Below, one piece after another: positions 1 to 10,186 of a DNA stretch of 64,000 nt. The stretch lies in NCBI GenBank assembly GCA_963847445.1, contig CAWJZV010000009.1, positions 1 through 64,000 on the forward strand, in the 5' to 3' direction. Made by a program: the position numbers and the translations under genes. The DNA is from an uncultured delta proteobacterium. GTDB lineage: Bacteria > Desulfobacterota > Binatia > UBA9968. Numbering within the stretch: position 1 is the first letter of the stretch; each line of letters begins with the position of its first letter. The notes beneath the pieces are model-generated. The model was given only the letters and a program-made list of their open reading frames with translations, had not been told where the DNA came from and searched no databases.

Positions 1-54
1 TGCCAAAACCAGCCGCGAAAGAAATACGATCCCCAATAGGTTAAGTTAATTTAA

Positions 55-172
55 ACATTCCCCGCGACTAGCTACGGGCACCATCAAACGGGGAATCTAA
101 AGGGGGCGAGCATCCCCTTTGGCCGCATGCGAAGTTAATACCCCGTACGCGAAATGCCTTGTTTATTTAGAC
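55..172. repeat. ~118-bp multi-hairpin dispersed element, copy 1 (degenerate)
   Basis: Aligns by eye with 621-739 and 54971-55089 (ACATTCCCCG...AAAGGGGGCGAGCATCCCCTTTGG...ATACCCCGTACGCGAAATG); several stem-breaking substitutions. Confidence 0.9.
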
Positions 173-206
173 AAGCTTTGGGGAGATTAAAAATCTGTCC
201 AACCAA

Positions 207-223
207 GGGTGAGAATCTCACCC
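207..223. repeat. short REP-like palindrome
   Basis: GGGTGAGA-A-TCTCACCC perfect inverted repeat. Confidence 0.45.
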
Positions 224-435
224 CTCAAAAAGACTTTCGGAAAATAGATACCCCGTCTCTGCCGTCAGATTGGTTCGCCTGATTTTTGAACTGGAATGGT
301 TGCTCATCTAAGAGAGCGATTCCCGATAATTCGGCTATCAGTTTACGATGGAAATGTTTTAAAGAACTTTTCGCTTCCTCTGCCGAAAGGCCGAGAAAGT
401 CGCGCTCAGAAGCAGTTACGTTTGTAAGCGAAAAA

Positions 436-510
<75 letters not shown>

Positions 511-620
511 TCAGGTCAGGGTAGTTCGGCTTTCAAACTGTAGGGAATTGGCACTGGGATGTCAACGCGTTGAGAAAGTTAAATCATTTGCGCTGTCCAA
601 ATGACCAGCCGTGAATCTAC

Positions 621-739
621 ACATTCCCCGCAGCATGCTGCGGGCACCATCAAATGGGGAATCCAAAGGGGGCGAGCATCCCCTTTGGTCGCGTGCGGGG
701 TTAATACCCCGTACGCGAAATGGCTTGTTTATATTTGAC
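621..739. repeat. ~118-bp multi-hairpin dispersed element, copy 2
   Basis: Three stems: CCCGCAGC-AT-GCTGCGGG; CCAAAGGGG-loop-CCCCTTTGG; TCGCGTGCGGGGT-TAAT-ACCCCGTACGCGA. Confidence 0.92.
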
Positions 740-763
740 CGTCGCACAATCGACGCTCGAACA

Positions 764-1573
764 TTAGGCATGGGCGGACTTACCGCGCAGCAGGGCGAGG
801 ATGTCGGCGGGCGACATTTTTGACACCAAAATGCAGATGATATCGCCTTCCTTGTGCAACACGGCGTTGATGCCGTCCTGCGAAAAGGAATAGAAATTGA
901 GCTTCATGTCGGCATCGTAAAAGCGCTCGGCGCGCTCGGGTGCGTCCGCCTCAGAGCCCAGTAAAGTAAGGCAAGTGATCGGCGGCCCGCCGCCCTGATA
1001 GACGGTGACGAGCACTTCACGGTCGCCGATCTTTTGCACGAAGCCCGAGACCGGATAGAGTTTCATCATCGACAAATCGAAAACGATGGGCGCGAAGCGG
1101 CCGCCCACCGCCCGTGCCAGCTCCTGGCGCAGGCGATTGGCGTCATCGTAACGCACCAGCGCGGTTTTGCCGCTGAGCAGATCTCGATGGGTCTCGATGG
1201 CGATCATGCCAACATCCTGTCGCGGCGATTTGCCGTAGAAAAGCGCCGCGATGGCGATCACTAACAGCGCCACGGCAAGCCCCGGCCGCCAACTGCGAAA
1301 ACTAAACCACGAGGCGAAAGCGCCTGCGGTTTTCACTGCTACGGCTGGCCGCCGCGAAGCGATTTCGCTTTCAATCTCGCGGCGCAACGCCGCGGGCGCG
1401 GTGACTTCCTGGCGCGCCAGCTTGAGCTGTTGCTTGAGCCGGCTTTCCGCGGTCAGCGCCCGTTGGCAGCGCTCGCAAGTATGCAGATGCGCCTCGATGG
1501 CGCTATGCTCATCGGCGCTGAGTTCATTATCTAGGCGAGCCGTGATCAGCTCTTGTGCCTGGTCGCAACGCAT
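764..1573 (-). CDS. zinc-finger (ZAS, zf-HC2) transmembrane anti-sigma factor
   Basis: N-terminal HLHTCERC (HxxxCxxC), one hydrophobic helix, directly downstream of the ECF sigma gene. Confidence 0.88.
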   Translation of the reverse strand: MRCDQAQELITARLDNELSADEHSAIEAHLHTCERCQRALTAESRLKQQLKLARQEVTAPAALRREIESEIASRRPAVAVKTAGAFASWFSFRSWRPGLAVALLVIAIAALFYGKSPRQDVGMIAIETHRDLLSGKTALVRYDDANRLRQELARAVGGRFAPIVFDLSMMKLYPVSGFVQKIGDREVLVTVYQGGGPPITCLTLLGSEADAPERAERFYDADMKLNFYSFSQDGINAVLHKEGDIICILVSKMSPADILALLRGKSAHA

Positions 1574-1583
1574 GGTTTAGCTA

Positions 1584-2210
1584 TCATTCTTCCGGCCTTG
1601 CCGGTCCTGCCGTCCCGGTCTTGCCCAAATAACCGCTCAACTGTTTTTGCAAAAGTCTGCGCCCGCGCGACAACCGCGAGCGCACCGTACCGATCGGACA
1701 GGATAAAACCTCGGCCGCTTCGGCGTAAGTAAAATCGCCCATGTCGACGAGCAGGATCGGCGCGCGAAACTCCTCGGGGATTTGCTTCAGTGCGGCGCCG
1801 ATCTTGGCACCGAGCTCGCGATCCAATACCTGGCTCTCCGGACCGGGGCCATCGCCGGCCTGGGCCTGCCAAAAGTCCGCCGCGTCCGTGCCGTCGAGAA
1901 GATCTTCCGCGGCGACGGTGCGCTTGTTGCGGGCGTAAGAATCATAGAAAAAATTATAGAGGATTCGCGTCAGCCATGCCTTCATATTGCTGCCGGGCAA
2001 GAACTGTCCCTGCGCACTCAACGCCCGCGTGCAGGTCTCTTGGACGCAATCCTTAGCTTCGTCGGGGTTGCGCGCCAGATGGAACGCGACGCGGTAGAGA
2101 TGATCCAGATAGGTCAAGATCTCCGTAGCGAAACTATCGCGTGCAGGATTACGGCTGTGGGTGGCGCTCACGGCCCAGCCAGTGTAGCCAAGAGTGCAGG
2201 TGGTGTCCAA
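1584..2210 (-). CDS. ECF RNA polymerase sigma-70 factor
   Basis: Region 2 (DCVQET, KAWLTRIL) and region 4 (YAEAAEVLSCPIGTVRSRLSRGR); GGAGG RBS before TTG start. Confidence 0.93.
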   Translation of the reverse strand: MDTTCTLGYTGWAVSATHSRNPARDSFATEILTYLDHLYRVAFHLARNPDEAKDCVQETCTRALSAQGQFLPGSNMKAWLTRILYNFFYDSYARNKRTVAAEDLLDGTDAADFWQAQAGDGPGPESQVLDRELGAKIGAALKQIPEEFRAPILLVDMGDFTYAEAAEVLSCPIGTVRSRLSRGRRLLQKQLSGYLGKTGTAGPARPEE

Positions 2211-2312
2211 TCGCTCGCCTCCATTGAGTCAACGAAGCAAGCAAAACAAAAGTTCCCTTAAGACCGGGCGAAGGCTTGCGGTTCCAGCCGTAGCTGTCCT
2301 ATGTTGACCACC

Positions 2313-3257
2313 ATGAAATACCGCACTCTCGGCAAGACTGGCCTGCGGGTCAGCGCCATCGGCCTTGGCACCATGGTCCACGCCGGCCATTTCGGCCCCA
2401 TGAAAGACTCTGAATCCTTGAGCGCCATCGAAGCTGCGCTCGACCTCGGGGTCAACTTCATCGATACTTCCGACGCCTACGGCGCCGGCTATTCGGAAAC
2501 CTTGCTGGGCAACGCGCTCAAAGGCAAACGCGATCAGGTGGTCATCGCCACCAAGGGCGGCAATGTCATGGTCGGCCCGAACCGCGGCAAAAGAAACTTC
2601 GACCCCGACTATATCAGCCGGGTGATGGACGAGAGCTTACAACGGCTGCAAATCGACACCATCGATCTTTACCAGTTGCACAATCCGACGGTTGATGTCA
2701 TCGAGCGCGGCGCGGTTTGGGAGGTTTTGGAACGGGCTAAACAAGCGGGCAAAATCCGCCATTACGGCGTGTCGATCAACACCATGGAAGAAGGCATCGC
2801 CGCGGTCAAAGACGGCCGCGCCGAAACCATTCAAGTCGAATACAACCTGCTGGCCCAGGAGCCGGCGGAAAAAATCTTTCCGCTGGCGCACCAGGCAAAT
2901 ATCGGCATCATCGCCCGCGTGCCGCTGCGCCGCGGCGTTCTGACCGGCAAGATGACCGTCGCCGACGAACAAAGATTTCAAGGCGAAGATTTGCGCGCGC
3001 GCAGTTTCAAAGGCGAGGCGTTCGCCAAAGAGCTGGCGAAGGCCGATGAACTGCGCTTTCTCGTCCATGGCGCGGCGAAAACCCTAGGACAAGCGGCCAT
3101 CGCTTTTTGCATCGCCCATCCCGCCGTCAGCGTAGTCATTGCCGGCGCGCGCAATGCCGCGCAAATGCGCGAGAACGGCGCCGCCGCCGACATCGAAACC
3201 TCCACCGCCGACCTGGCGCGCATCGCCGAGCTCTGGCGCCGCAGCTGCACGGTTTAG
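2313..3257 (+). CDS. aldo/keto reductase
   Basis: MKYRTLGKTGLRVSAIGLG, FIDTSDAYG, IATKGG, IDLYQLH motifs. Confidence 0.93.
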   Translation: MKYRTLGKTGLRVSAIGLGTMVHAGHFGPMKDSESLSAIEAALDLGVNFIDTSDAYGAGYSETLLGNALKGKRDQVVIATKGGNVMVGPNRGKRNFDPDYISRVMDESLQRLQIDTIDLYQLHNPTVDVIERGAVWEVLERAKQAGKIRHYGVSINTMEEGIAAVKDGRAETIQVEYNLLAQEPAEKIFPLAHQANIGIIARVPLRRGVLTGKMTVADEQRFQGEDLRARSFKGEAFAKELAKADELRFLVHGAAKTLGQAAIAFCIAHPAVSVVIAGARNAAQMRENGAAADIETSTADLARIAELWRRSCTV

Positions 3258-3295
3258 GTTTTTGCCTTTGGCACTTCTGGCTTTCTTGTGAATCA

Positions 3296-3669
3296 GGGTT
3301 CGGAGTTTCACCGCTGAGTCGCCCTTCGATAAACTCAGGACAGGCTCCGGGCGCGGAGTAAAAAGTTTTTGATTAGGAAACGCTCTGAACTCTGCGTGCT
3401 CTGTATTCTACTATGCCTCGAAATTTACGCGGCTTGCGCAAATTGTCCGGTAACGGGAATACTAGAACACGGGATTGACTCTCGCAAAGGCGCAAAGCGC
3501 GCCAAGTTCGGAGGGAAGAGATGAATTATCTTGAAGAATTCTTTCACCGTATTTTCCGACCTTTGCAGCCTTTGCGTCTTTGCGAGAGATATTCCGAGTT
3601 TCGGTTGGGCTGTGCCGCGCTGGGCCTCTGTGGTGAATTATTTCTTAACAGCAAACCCGGAATAACCTC
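3296..3669. repeat. nested palindromic repeats / MITE-like cluster
   Basis: Outer TTCACCGCTGAG...CTCTGTGGTGAA arms; inner CTCTCGCAAAGGCGCAAAG...CTTTGCGTCTTTGCGAGAG inverted repeat; AATTTACGC-GCGCAAATT hairpin; CCCTTCGATAAACTCAGGACAGGC insert. Confidence 0.65.
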
Positions 3670-3692
3670 ACTTTAATAGCGGAGGGAATATC

Positions 3693-4508
3693 ATGGAACC
3701 GAACCTCGCCGCTTGGCCCGACAACAAAAAACTCGTCGTTATGGTGACGCTCATGTTCGAGGTCTGGTCCGACGGCAAAGCGCCGCCCTACTCGCCGATG
3801 ACCACGTCGCTCAAACCCGGCACGCCCGACCTGTTGGGGATATCCTGGTCACAGTATGGCGGCAAGACCGGCATCTGGCGCTTTCTGCGCATCTTGGACG
3901 AAACCGAAATTAAAGCGACGGTCTGCTTGAATGCCAAAGGCGCCGAGCTGTTTGCCGACGCGGTCAAAGAAGCTCATCGGCGCGGCCATGAAATCGCCGG
4001 CCATTCTTACACTCAAGATCTCGTCCTGCCCTATCTGTCAGCCTTGGAAGAAAAAGCAGTGATTGAACGCTGCAAACGCATCATTAGCGACACGGTTGGG
4101 GTCGCGCCGGTCGGTTGGTTTAGCCCGGTGGCTGCGCCGACGGTGCATACCGCGCAGTTTCTTGCCGAAACCGGCTTCATCTGGCACGGCGACTACAATG
4201 ACACTGACCTGCCCTACACACTGGAAACCGGCAAAGGTCGCCTCGTCGCCATGGCCCACAGCGACTTCACCGACAATCGCACGCTGCGCTCGAGCCCGCG
4301 CGATTTCTACAACGTCTACAAGGATACTTTCGACTATCTCTACCAACATGAAGCGCCGTCGCTGCTCAACTTAACCATGCACTGCCACTTCGGCGGCCGG
4401 CCGCTGATGGCGGCGATGCTTTATGAACTGCTGCATTACATGAAGGGCTTCCCAGATGTCTGGTTCGCACGCCATGACGAAGTCGCGCGCTGGGTACTGA
4501 CGATTTAG
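3693..4508 (+). CDS. polysaccharide deacetylase / PuuE-like (CE4) hydrolase
   Basis: YGGKTGIWR, HEIAGHSY, DLPY, MHCHFGGRP motifs; GGAGG RBS. Confidence 0.85.
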   Translation: MEPNLAAWPDNKKLVVMVTLMFEVWSDGKAPPYSPMTTSLKPGTPDLLGISWSQYGGKTGIWRFLRILDETEIKATVCLNAKGAELFADAVKEAHRRGHEIAGHSYTQDLVLPYLSALEEKAVIERCKRIISDTVGVAPVGWFSPVAAPTVHTAQFLAETGFIWHGDYNDTDLPYTLETGKGRLVAMAHSDFTDNRTLRSSPRDFYNVYKDTFDYLYQHEAPSLLNLTMHCHFGGRPLMAAMLYELLHYMKGFPDVWFARHDEVARWVLTI

Positions 4509-5548
4509 AACTCGATGCCGAGTCCCCGAGAGCGCGCCAAAGCGAATACTTTGCTGGCGATGGCAACATCGGCGATTCCTTGGCCGGCGTTGTTTTTGAA
4601 TAACGTGATCTGATTTGCCCCGGTGCGACCGGGAATAACACCGTTGAGCAGGGCGCCGAGTTCCCCGACTCGCTCCCAGCTCAAGAATCCCGCCTGCACT
4701 GGATCATAAAGGTCTCCCTGTTCGTCTTGAATCGCCTGCTCCAATGAATTGACGACGATGACATCGCTGCGCCGAATCGTCGCGTCGTCCAATTCACGCC
4801 GCTTCGCCGCTGCGATGCCAGCTTTGACCAAACCGACATTGCCGCCCATGATCGAGGTCACATGAGTTCCCGGCTGTAACCATTCGCCGTCGAATACCGC
4901 CAGGTTGGAATTGGTTGCAGTCAACACAACATCCGCATCTTCGACCGCATGCTTGGCGCTGGTTACAGGTTCTAACTCGCATGGAACGAGCTTTTCCATC
5001 ATGCGGCAAAAATCATTGCGGGTCCTCTCCGTGCGGCAGAAAACTTTAACCCGCTTAAACTGCCGCACTTTGGAAAATGCCAGTAAATGATACTTCGCCT
5101 CGCCGCCGGCGCCGAGAATGCCGAGAGTCGACGCATCCGTTCGCGCCAGAGAGCGAGTGCCCACCGCGCTCGTAGCGGCGGTGCGCATGGGTGTCGGCCG
5201 CTCCGCCTCGATCTCGGCCACGCCGATTCTGCCGACAATAATACCCATGAGCGAAGCGTCTTTCACATCGAACAAGACAGTTACCGGTCCGCCCATGTTG
5301 TGGTAGGTCTGCACTTCTTTGGAGACCGCGACATGTTCGGCATGGGCGAGCACGCCAATCCCGCCGAGGCTGGGCACCCCGCCCGGATGAACGCTGACAC
5401 GGACGCCGTTGGGCGTGGTGATGCGGCGCCGCGGTGCGTTCAGCTCCGGGCTTCTGCCGAACTCGCTAAACCCCGACTCTACCGCATCGATCGCGGCATC
5501 CATGGTCAACAGACCGGTGACATCTTCAGCACGAATCAGAAAAGCCAT
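4505..5548 (-). CDS. ornithine cyclodeaminase / mu-crystallin family protein
   Basis: RTAATSAVG, GILGAGGEA Rossmann motif, ITLFKNNAGQGIADVA; start moved to ATG 5548 (GGAGG upstream). Confidence 0.9.
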   Translation of the reverse strand: MAFLIRAEDVTGLLTMDAAIDAVESGFSEFGRSPELNAPRRRITTPNGVRVSVHPGGVPSLGGIGVLAHAEHVAVSKEVQTYHNMGGPVTVLFDVKDASLMGIIVGRIGVAEIEAERPTPMRTAATSAVGTRSLARTDASTLGILGAGGEAKYHLLAFSKVRQFKRVKVFCRTERTRNDFCRMMEKLVPCELEPVTSAKHAVEDADVVLTATNSNLAVFDGEWLQPGTHVTSIMGGNVGLVKAGIAAAKRRELDDATIRRSDVIVVNSLEQAIQDEQGDLYDPVQAGFLSWERVGELGALLNGVIPGRTGANQITLFKNNAGQGIADVAIASKVFALARSRGLGIEF

Positions 5549-5599
5549 CGAACTACCTCCAAAAAAACCAAACCAAGTGTTACTACATCCTTTACTCGA

Positions 5600-5628
5600 T
5601 TGACAAGAAACCCACCGATGCCTATCGT
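5600..5628 (+). promoter_or_regulatory. putative sigma70 promoter
   Basis: TTGACA-17 nt-TATCGT upstream of the SBP gene. Confidence 0.5.
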
Positions 5629-5665
5629 CAGCTAGTTCCAATTCTAAACTAGCGGAGACTCAGCA

Positions 5666-6691
5666 ATGACCCTTTCATGCCCATGGTATCGATTACTCAC
5701 TGCGCCGTTGCTCGTCATGCTTTATCTAGCGTTGCGCCTGCCCGCGGCGGCGCAAACGATCGACATCGAGGCTGCGAAAAAAGACGGCAAAGTCATCGTT
5801 TACGCGGCCGTGCCGCCGCAAACAATGAAAGTCATCAACGAGCCCTTTGAAAAAAAATATGGCATCAGAGTCGAGTACTGGCGTGCGTCCACGACCGGCA
5901 TCTTGGAACGGGCACTCAACGAATGGCGCGTCGGCACGGCGCCTTTCGACGTCGTCGAGGGTAACAAGGGTCCCCAATACATTCTCAAGTCCGAAGGAGT
6001 TTTCGCCAAGTATCAACCGCCATCGGCGGCCAAGTATGCGAAACAGTTTCTCGAGAACGACCAGCTCCTGACGCCTTGGCGATTCAACCCGATCAGCATT
6101 CTCTTCAACACCACCATGGTGCGCAAAGAGGACGCCCCTAAAAGTATTCAAGATCTGCTGCTGGCGAAATGGAAAGGTTCGATCGCGCTTCCCGATCCGG
6201 CTCGCCACACGACAACGGCGCAATTTCTCGCCGATCTCGACAAATATGACGGCGTCAAATGGCGCGATTTCGCCAAGAGCTTAGCGCAGCAACAACCTTT
6301 CTTGGTCGAATCCTTTGCGCCCATCGTCAACACAGTCGTCAAAGGCGAGGCGGCGCTGGGCCTGACCTACTTGAAATATGTCGGTCAGTATAAAGGTCCC
6401 ATCGACTACGCCCGTTTGAGCAAATATCTTGCCGACGTGAATTACCTGGGGCTGAGCCGCAAGGCGCCCCACGCCAACGCCGGCCGGCTGTACATCGAGT
6501 ACATCTGCTCGATGGAGGGGCAAAAAGCGATGGCCGAAACCGCCGAATTTGTCCTTTACCCGCAAGTCGCGCCGAGCTTTAGTGGCGCCGACCAAGTGCC
6601 ACAGCGAACCGTCTTCATGGAAGAACCGACTGCGGAAGAGTTCAAAAAACTGCGCGACGAAATGCGCCAGATCTTTCTCGTCAACAAATAA
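5666..6691 (+). CDS. extracellular solute-binding protein (Fe3+/AfuA-like), no adjacent permease
   Basis: Signal peptide, AAKKDGKVIVY, APHANAGRLYIEYICSMEGQ. Confidence 0.82.
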   Translation: MTLSCPWYRLLTAPLLVMLYLALRLPAAAQTIDIEAAKKDGKVIVYAAVPPQTMKVINEPFEKKYGIRVEYWRASTTGILERALNEWRVGTAPFDVVEGNKGPQYILKSEGVFAKYQPPSAAKYAKQFLENDQLLTPWRFNPISILFNTTMVRKEDAPKSIQDLLLAKWKGSIALPDPARHTTTAQFLADLDKYDGVKWRDFAKSLAQQQPFLVESFAPIVNTVVKGEAALGLTYLKYVGQYKGPIDYARLSKYLADVNYLGLSRKAPHANAGRLYIEYICSMEGQKAMAETAEFVLYPQVAPSFSGADQVPQRTVFMEEPTAEEFKKLRDEMRQIFLVNK

Positions 6692-6714
6692 TCACAGCGA
6701 CAGCGCGCGCATCG

Positions 6715-7206
6715 CTAAAACTCGCTGCGGAAAATCCCGCGCTGGCCGCGCGCTTCTTCGACACCGACCTCCATGGCGCGGATCTGGGCGCCACGAAATT
6801 TTGCCTTCACTTGGCGGCGAATCAGCTTGGCGACATGCTCGGCCAATAATTCGGTGCTGGTGTTGGCCAGCGGCAAGAGAATCACATCGCTCTTCGGCAG
6901 TATGATCTTCTGCGCTTTGTAACGGATTTCGAATTCCTTGGCGCGTCTGCGGACGTCAAGGTTCGGGCTATGGCTTTGAATCATCGTGCGGTGATCGAGG
7001 GAATCGCAGATGCGCTTGACCAGCGGCTTGAAGGTGATGAAGTCCAACACCACACCGGCGCGATCGAGTTCTCCTTCCATCTTCACCGACACCTGATAGT
7101 TATGCCCATGCAGCGGTTCGCGCTGGCCGTTGGCGAAAATCAGAAAATGCGCCGAGGCAAAATTGAAATAATCTTTGGCGACTTCGATGGTGAAGGTGCG
7201 TGACAT
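6715..7206 (-). CDS. 6-pyruvoyl-tetrahydropterin synthase / QueD family
   Basis: FASAHF, LHGHNY, DSLDH, TSTELLA motifs. Confidence 0.85.
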   Translation of the reverse strand: MSRTFTIEVAKDYFNFASAHFLIFANGQREPLHGHNYQVSVKMEGELDRAGVVLDFITFKPLVKRICDSLDHRTMIQSHSPNLDVRRRAKEFEIRYKAQKIILPKSDVILLPLANTSTELLAEHVAKLIRRQVKAKFRGAQIRAMEVGVEEARGQRGIFRSEF

Positions 7207-7341
7207 GGCCGCGAAGTTAACCAAAAGCGGCCACCCTTTCAAGCTGCGTCACCGGCGCTTCACCGTGAGTCACGGTGGATTGTTAAAAGCCGGCAAATTT
7301 TTACTTGCAACTCAGCAACGGAAGAGTTAGGTGAGAAGACC

Positions 7342-8106
7342 ATGTTGCTCCGGGATGCGCTGGGTGTGACGCGCGGCGAGATGGTTTCGCTGATCGGCGC
7401 CGGCGGTAAGACGACAACCCTATTTCGCCTGGCTAAAGAACTGCGCGACCAGGGTTGCAAGCTCCTGGTGACCACGACCACGAAGTCTTCCAAACCGACT
7501 AAGCCGCATATCGACCGGTTATTTCTCGTCGACGATGTCCAAGCTCTGCTCGACGTCTGCGCTGACATTGCCGCGCCAGCGATCATCGGCGCCGGCTGCG
7601 GCGTGAACCGAGAAGGCGAATTGCTCGGCATGCCGGCCCCATGGCTCGACCGGTTAAACCTGGACGGCGCATTCGACGCAATCTTGGTCGAAGCCGATGG
7701 CGCGGCGTCGCGCTTATTTAAAATCCCGGCGGACGGCGAACCGGTGATACCGGAGAGTTGTCAAACCACCGTATGGATCGTCGCAATCAAAATACTCGGC
7801 AAGCCTTTAACCGACCAATGGGTGCATGGCTCGGCACGGGCGCGCGAGCTGCTCGGTTTGCCGGCACAAGCGCTGGTCAGCGAAGAAATCCTTCTACAGT
7901 TGGTCCAACATGAAGAAGGCTGCCTCAAAGGGATTCCGCCAGCCAGCCGGAAACTAGCCTTGATCAATCAAGCCGATAGCGCGGCAGAAATGGCGGCGGC
8001 CCAAGCGCTTGGGGAAAAACTGCAAAAGCTAAATTTTGATAAAGTTGTCATCACCAGTCATGCCAGCGCCGAACCGATCATCCGCGGGACGCCGATTAAT
8101 TCTTAA
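7342..8106 (+). CDS. yqeC: selenium-dependent molybdenum hydroxylase accessory protein YqeC
   Basis: IGAGGKTT, VTTTTK, LVEADGA, EPVIP motifs; followed by mocA-like gene. Confidence 0.85.
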   Translation: MLLRDALGVTRGEMVSLIGAGGKTTTLFRLAKELRDQGCKLLVTTTTKSSKPTKPHIDRLFLVDDVQALLDVCADIAAPAIIGAGCGVNREGELLGMPAPWLDRLNLDGAFDAILVEADGAASRLFKIPADGEPVIPESCQTTVWIVAIKILGKPLTDQWVHGSARARELLGLPAQALVSEEILLQLVQHEEGCLKGIPPASRKLALINQADSAAEMAAAQALGEKLQKLNFDKVVITSHASAEPIIRGTPINS

Positions 8107-8117
8107 GACAAACCAAC

Positions 8118-8705
8118 ATGATTTCCGCTGTGATACTGGCGGCCGGCCGCGCTGAGAGAATGGGTGAACCGAAGTTATTCTTACCCCTCGGCGGCAAACC
8201 GGTGTTGCAATGGGTTTTGGAAAGCGCCCTCGCCGCCGATCTCGACGAGGTGATCTGCGTTAGCCGCGAGTTGGAATCGGCCAGGCGCCAGATCGATATC
8301 GTCGACGAACGATTGTTCTGGCTGCGCAACTACGCCGCCGACCGCGGTCAGAGTACCTCCGTGATCGCCGGGCTGTGGGCGGCCAATGCCGCCTGCGCTG
8401 GCGTGATGTTCTTATGCGGCGACCAGCCGCTGGTACGGCCGGAGCTTATCGACGCGCTGATCGAAAAATTCGACGATACTGCGGCATGGATTGTCGCACC
8501 CAGTTTCAAGGGCGAAGTTCGCAACCCAATCTTGTTCCATCGCAAGCTGTTTCCCGAATTACTCCAACTCACCGGCGACCGCGGCGGCCGGTTCCTCCTC
8601 GACCAGCACAAACGCAAGACCGTCTTAGTGGACTGGCCGGAGGAATCGTCGTTTCTCGATATCGACGTCCGCGAAGATTACGAGCGGCTCAAGCAACTGG
8701 CTTAG
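8118..8705 (+). CDS. mocA: molybdenum cofactor cytidylyltransferase (MocA-like)
   Basis: ILAAGRAERMGEPK, GDQP, NPILF, GDRGGR, DIDVREDY. Confidence 0.85.
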   Translation: MISAVILAAGRAERMGEPKLFLPLGGKPVLQWVLESALAADLDEVICVSRELESARRQIDIVDERLFWLRNYAADRGQSTSVIAGLWAANAACAGVMFLCGDQPLVRPELIDALIEKFDDTAAWIVAPSFKGEVRNPILFHRKLFPELLQLTGDRGGRFLLDQHKRKTVLVDWPEESSFLDIDVREDYERLKQLA

Positions 8706-8784
8706 TCCGGATTATTCATGCTACGAGGACACCTGACGACACTCTGCCGACCGAGGTGTGACCCTGTATCCGCGCTGACAAACG

Positions 8785-8844
8785 GAATTTCAAATGGCAG
8801 ATTTCAGATTTCATATCTGGAATTTGAGATTTGTTATTTGTAAT
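8785..8844. repeat. degenerate 7-bp tandem repeat (ATTTCAG-type)
   Basis: ATTTCAA-ATGGCAG-ATTTCAG-ATTTCAT...; the reverse complement of 28773-28806 is closely similar. Confidence 0.6.
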
Positions 8845-8912
8845 CCCGGAGGGCCTGCCTTCGTTCCGGAAGGGTTGCACCTCGATCGTAGTTTAACCGC
8901 GAATAATCCGGG

Positions 8913-10016
8913 CTAGACTCGCACGTCTCGACCCACCGCTTGCGAGATATGTTTGAGGCCATCCCGCTGGAGCAAACGCAGCAAGCCTTTGTTGATGCGC
9001 TTCACCGCCCCCGGCCCTTCGTAGATCCAGCCGGTATAAATCTGCACCGCATTGGCGCCGGCCTTGATCTTCTCGTAGGCATCGTAGGCGTCAAAAATAC
9101 CGCCTACGCCAATGATCGGCAGCCGCCCGCGGGTGGTTCGATAGATGTGCGAAATAAACTGCGTCACCATCGCCGTAATCGGCCGGCCGCTCAATCCGCC
9201 GGGCTCGGCGCCGTTGGGCGATTTCAGTCCCGCGCGTTTGAATGCCGTCGCGTTGGTGGCAACGATGCCGGTGAGCTTCACCTGCTCGACGACATCGATG
9301 ATCTCGTCGACTTGGGCAAACTCCATATCCGGAGCGATTTTGACGAAAACCGCTTTCGGGTCGATCTTCGCCCGCGCCGCCAGCTGCAGATTTTTCTGCT
9401 GCACCGCCGAGAGCAGCTCGCGCAAAAGACTTTTTTCCTGCAAGTCGCGCAGGTTGGGCGTATTGGGCGAGCTGACGTTGAGCGTAAAGAAGTCGCCCTG
9501 GGCAAATAGTTTCTCAAAGCAGGAAAGAAAATCCGCCACGGCATCTTTGGTCTCGACAATCTTGGTGCGGCCGATGTTCATGCCGAGGGGAATCTTCGGC
9601 CGCCCGCCGCGCGCGCGCAAGCGGTCGAGCTTGATGGCGATGGCATCGGCGCCCTCGTTGTTGAAGCCCAGGCGGTTAATCAAGGCATCGTCTTCAGGCA
9701 GCCGATAAAGGCGCGGTTTCGGATTGCCGGGCTGAGCCTGGGCGGTGATCGCGCCCACTTCCATGAAGCCGAAACCGAAGGCGGATATCATCTTGGGCGC
9801 CAGAGCGTTCTTGTCGAAACCACCGGCGAGTCCCACCGGGTTGGCAAAAGTCAGCGGGCCGATCTTGACGACTAGCCGCTGGTCTTCGACTTTATAAAAA
9901 TCTTCGATGGTGCCGTAAAGCCACTCGTTGCCGGCGAGCATGTGCAAGACCGCATCGTGGCTAACCTCGGGATCTTTACGAAATAAGATTGGCCGAATCA
10001 GCGATTTATAAAACAT
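8913..10016 (-). CDS. pyrD: quinone-dependent dihydroorotate dehydrogenase (class 2)
   Basis: NPVGLAGGFDKN, INRLGFNNEG, NVSSPNTPNLR, KIAPD, GGLSG. Confidence 0.96.
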   Translation of the reverse strand: MFYKSLIRPILFRKDPEVSHDAVLHMLAGNEWLYGTIEDFYKVEDQRLVVKIGPLTFANPVGLAGGFDKNALAPKMISAFGFGFMEVGAITAQAQPGNPKPRLYRLPEDDALINRLGFNNEGADAIAIKLDRLRARGGRPKIPLGMNIGRTKIVETKDAVADFLSCFEKLFAQGDFFTLNVSSPNTPNLRDLQEKSLLRELLSAVQQKNLQLAARAKIDPKAVFVKIAPDMEFAQVDEIIDVVEQVKLTGIVATNATAFKRAGLKSPNGAEPGGLSGRPITAMVTQFISHIYRTTRGRLPIIGVGGIFDAYDAYEKIKAGANAVQIYTGWIYEGPGAVKRINKGLLRLLQRDGLKHISQAVGRDVRV

Positions 10017-10090
10017 GGACACCTGAACGATGTATCGGAAAACTTTTATTACTTCCAGAGACTGCGCGAAGCGGCTTGCGGGTCACGGGC

Positions 10091-10127
10091 AAAAAAAGAC
10101 AGGGAGAACGCAAACGCTCCCCCTGTC
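10091..10127 (-). terminator. intrinsic terminator of the NIPSNAP gene
   Basis: Minus strand GACAGGGGGAGCG-TTTG-CGTTCTCCCTGTC followed by T7. Confidence 0.75.
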
Positions 10128-10186
10128 CCATGACGGTGCCTCGCCTCAACGTGGCACTCGCCGCAATTTACTGATTGGCTTTCAGT

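Noticed and set aside
562-823. ORFs 562-771 and 611-823, and similar ORF 54968-55228
   Set aside because: Their mutual similarity is just translation of the hairpin repeat; no RBS or protein motif
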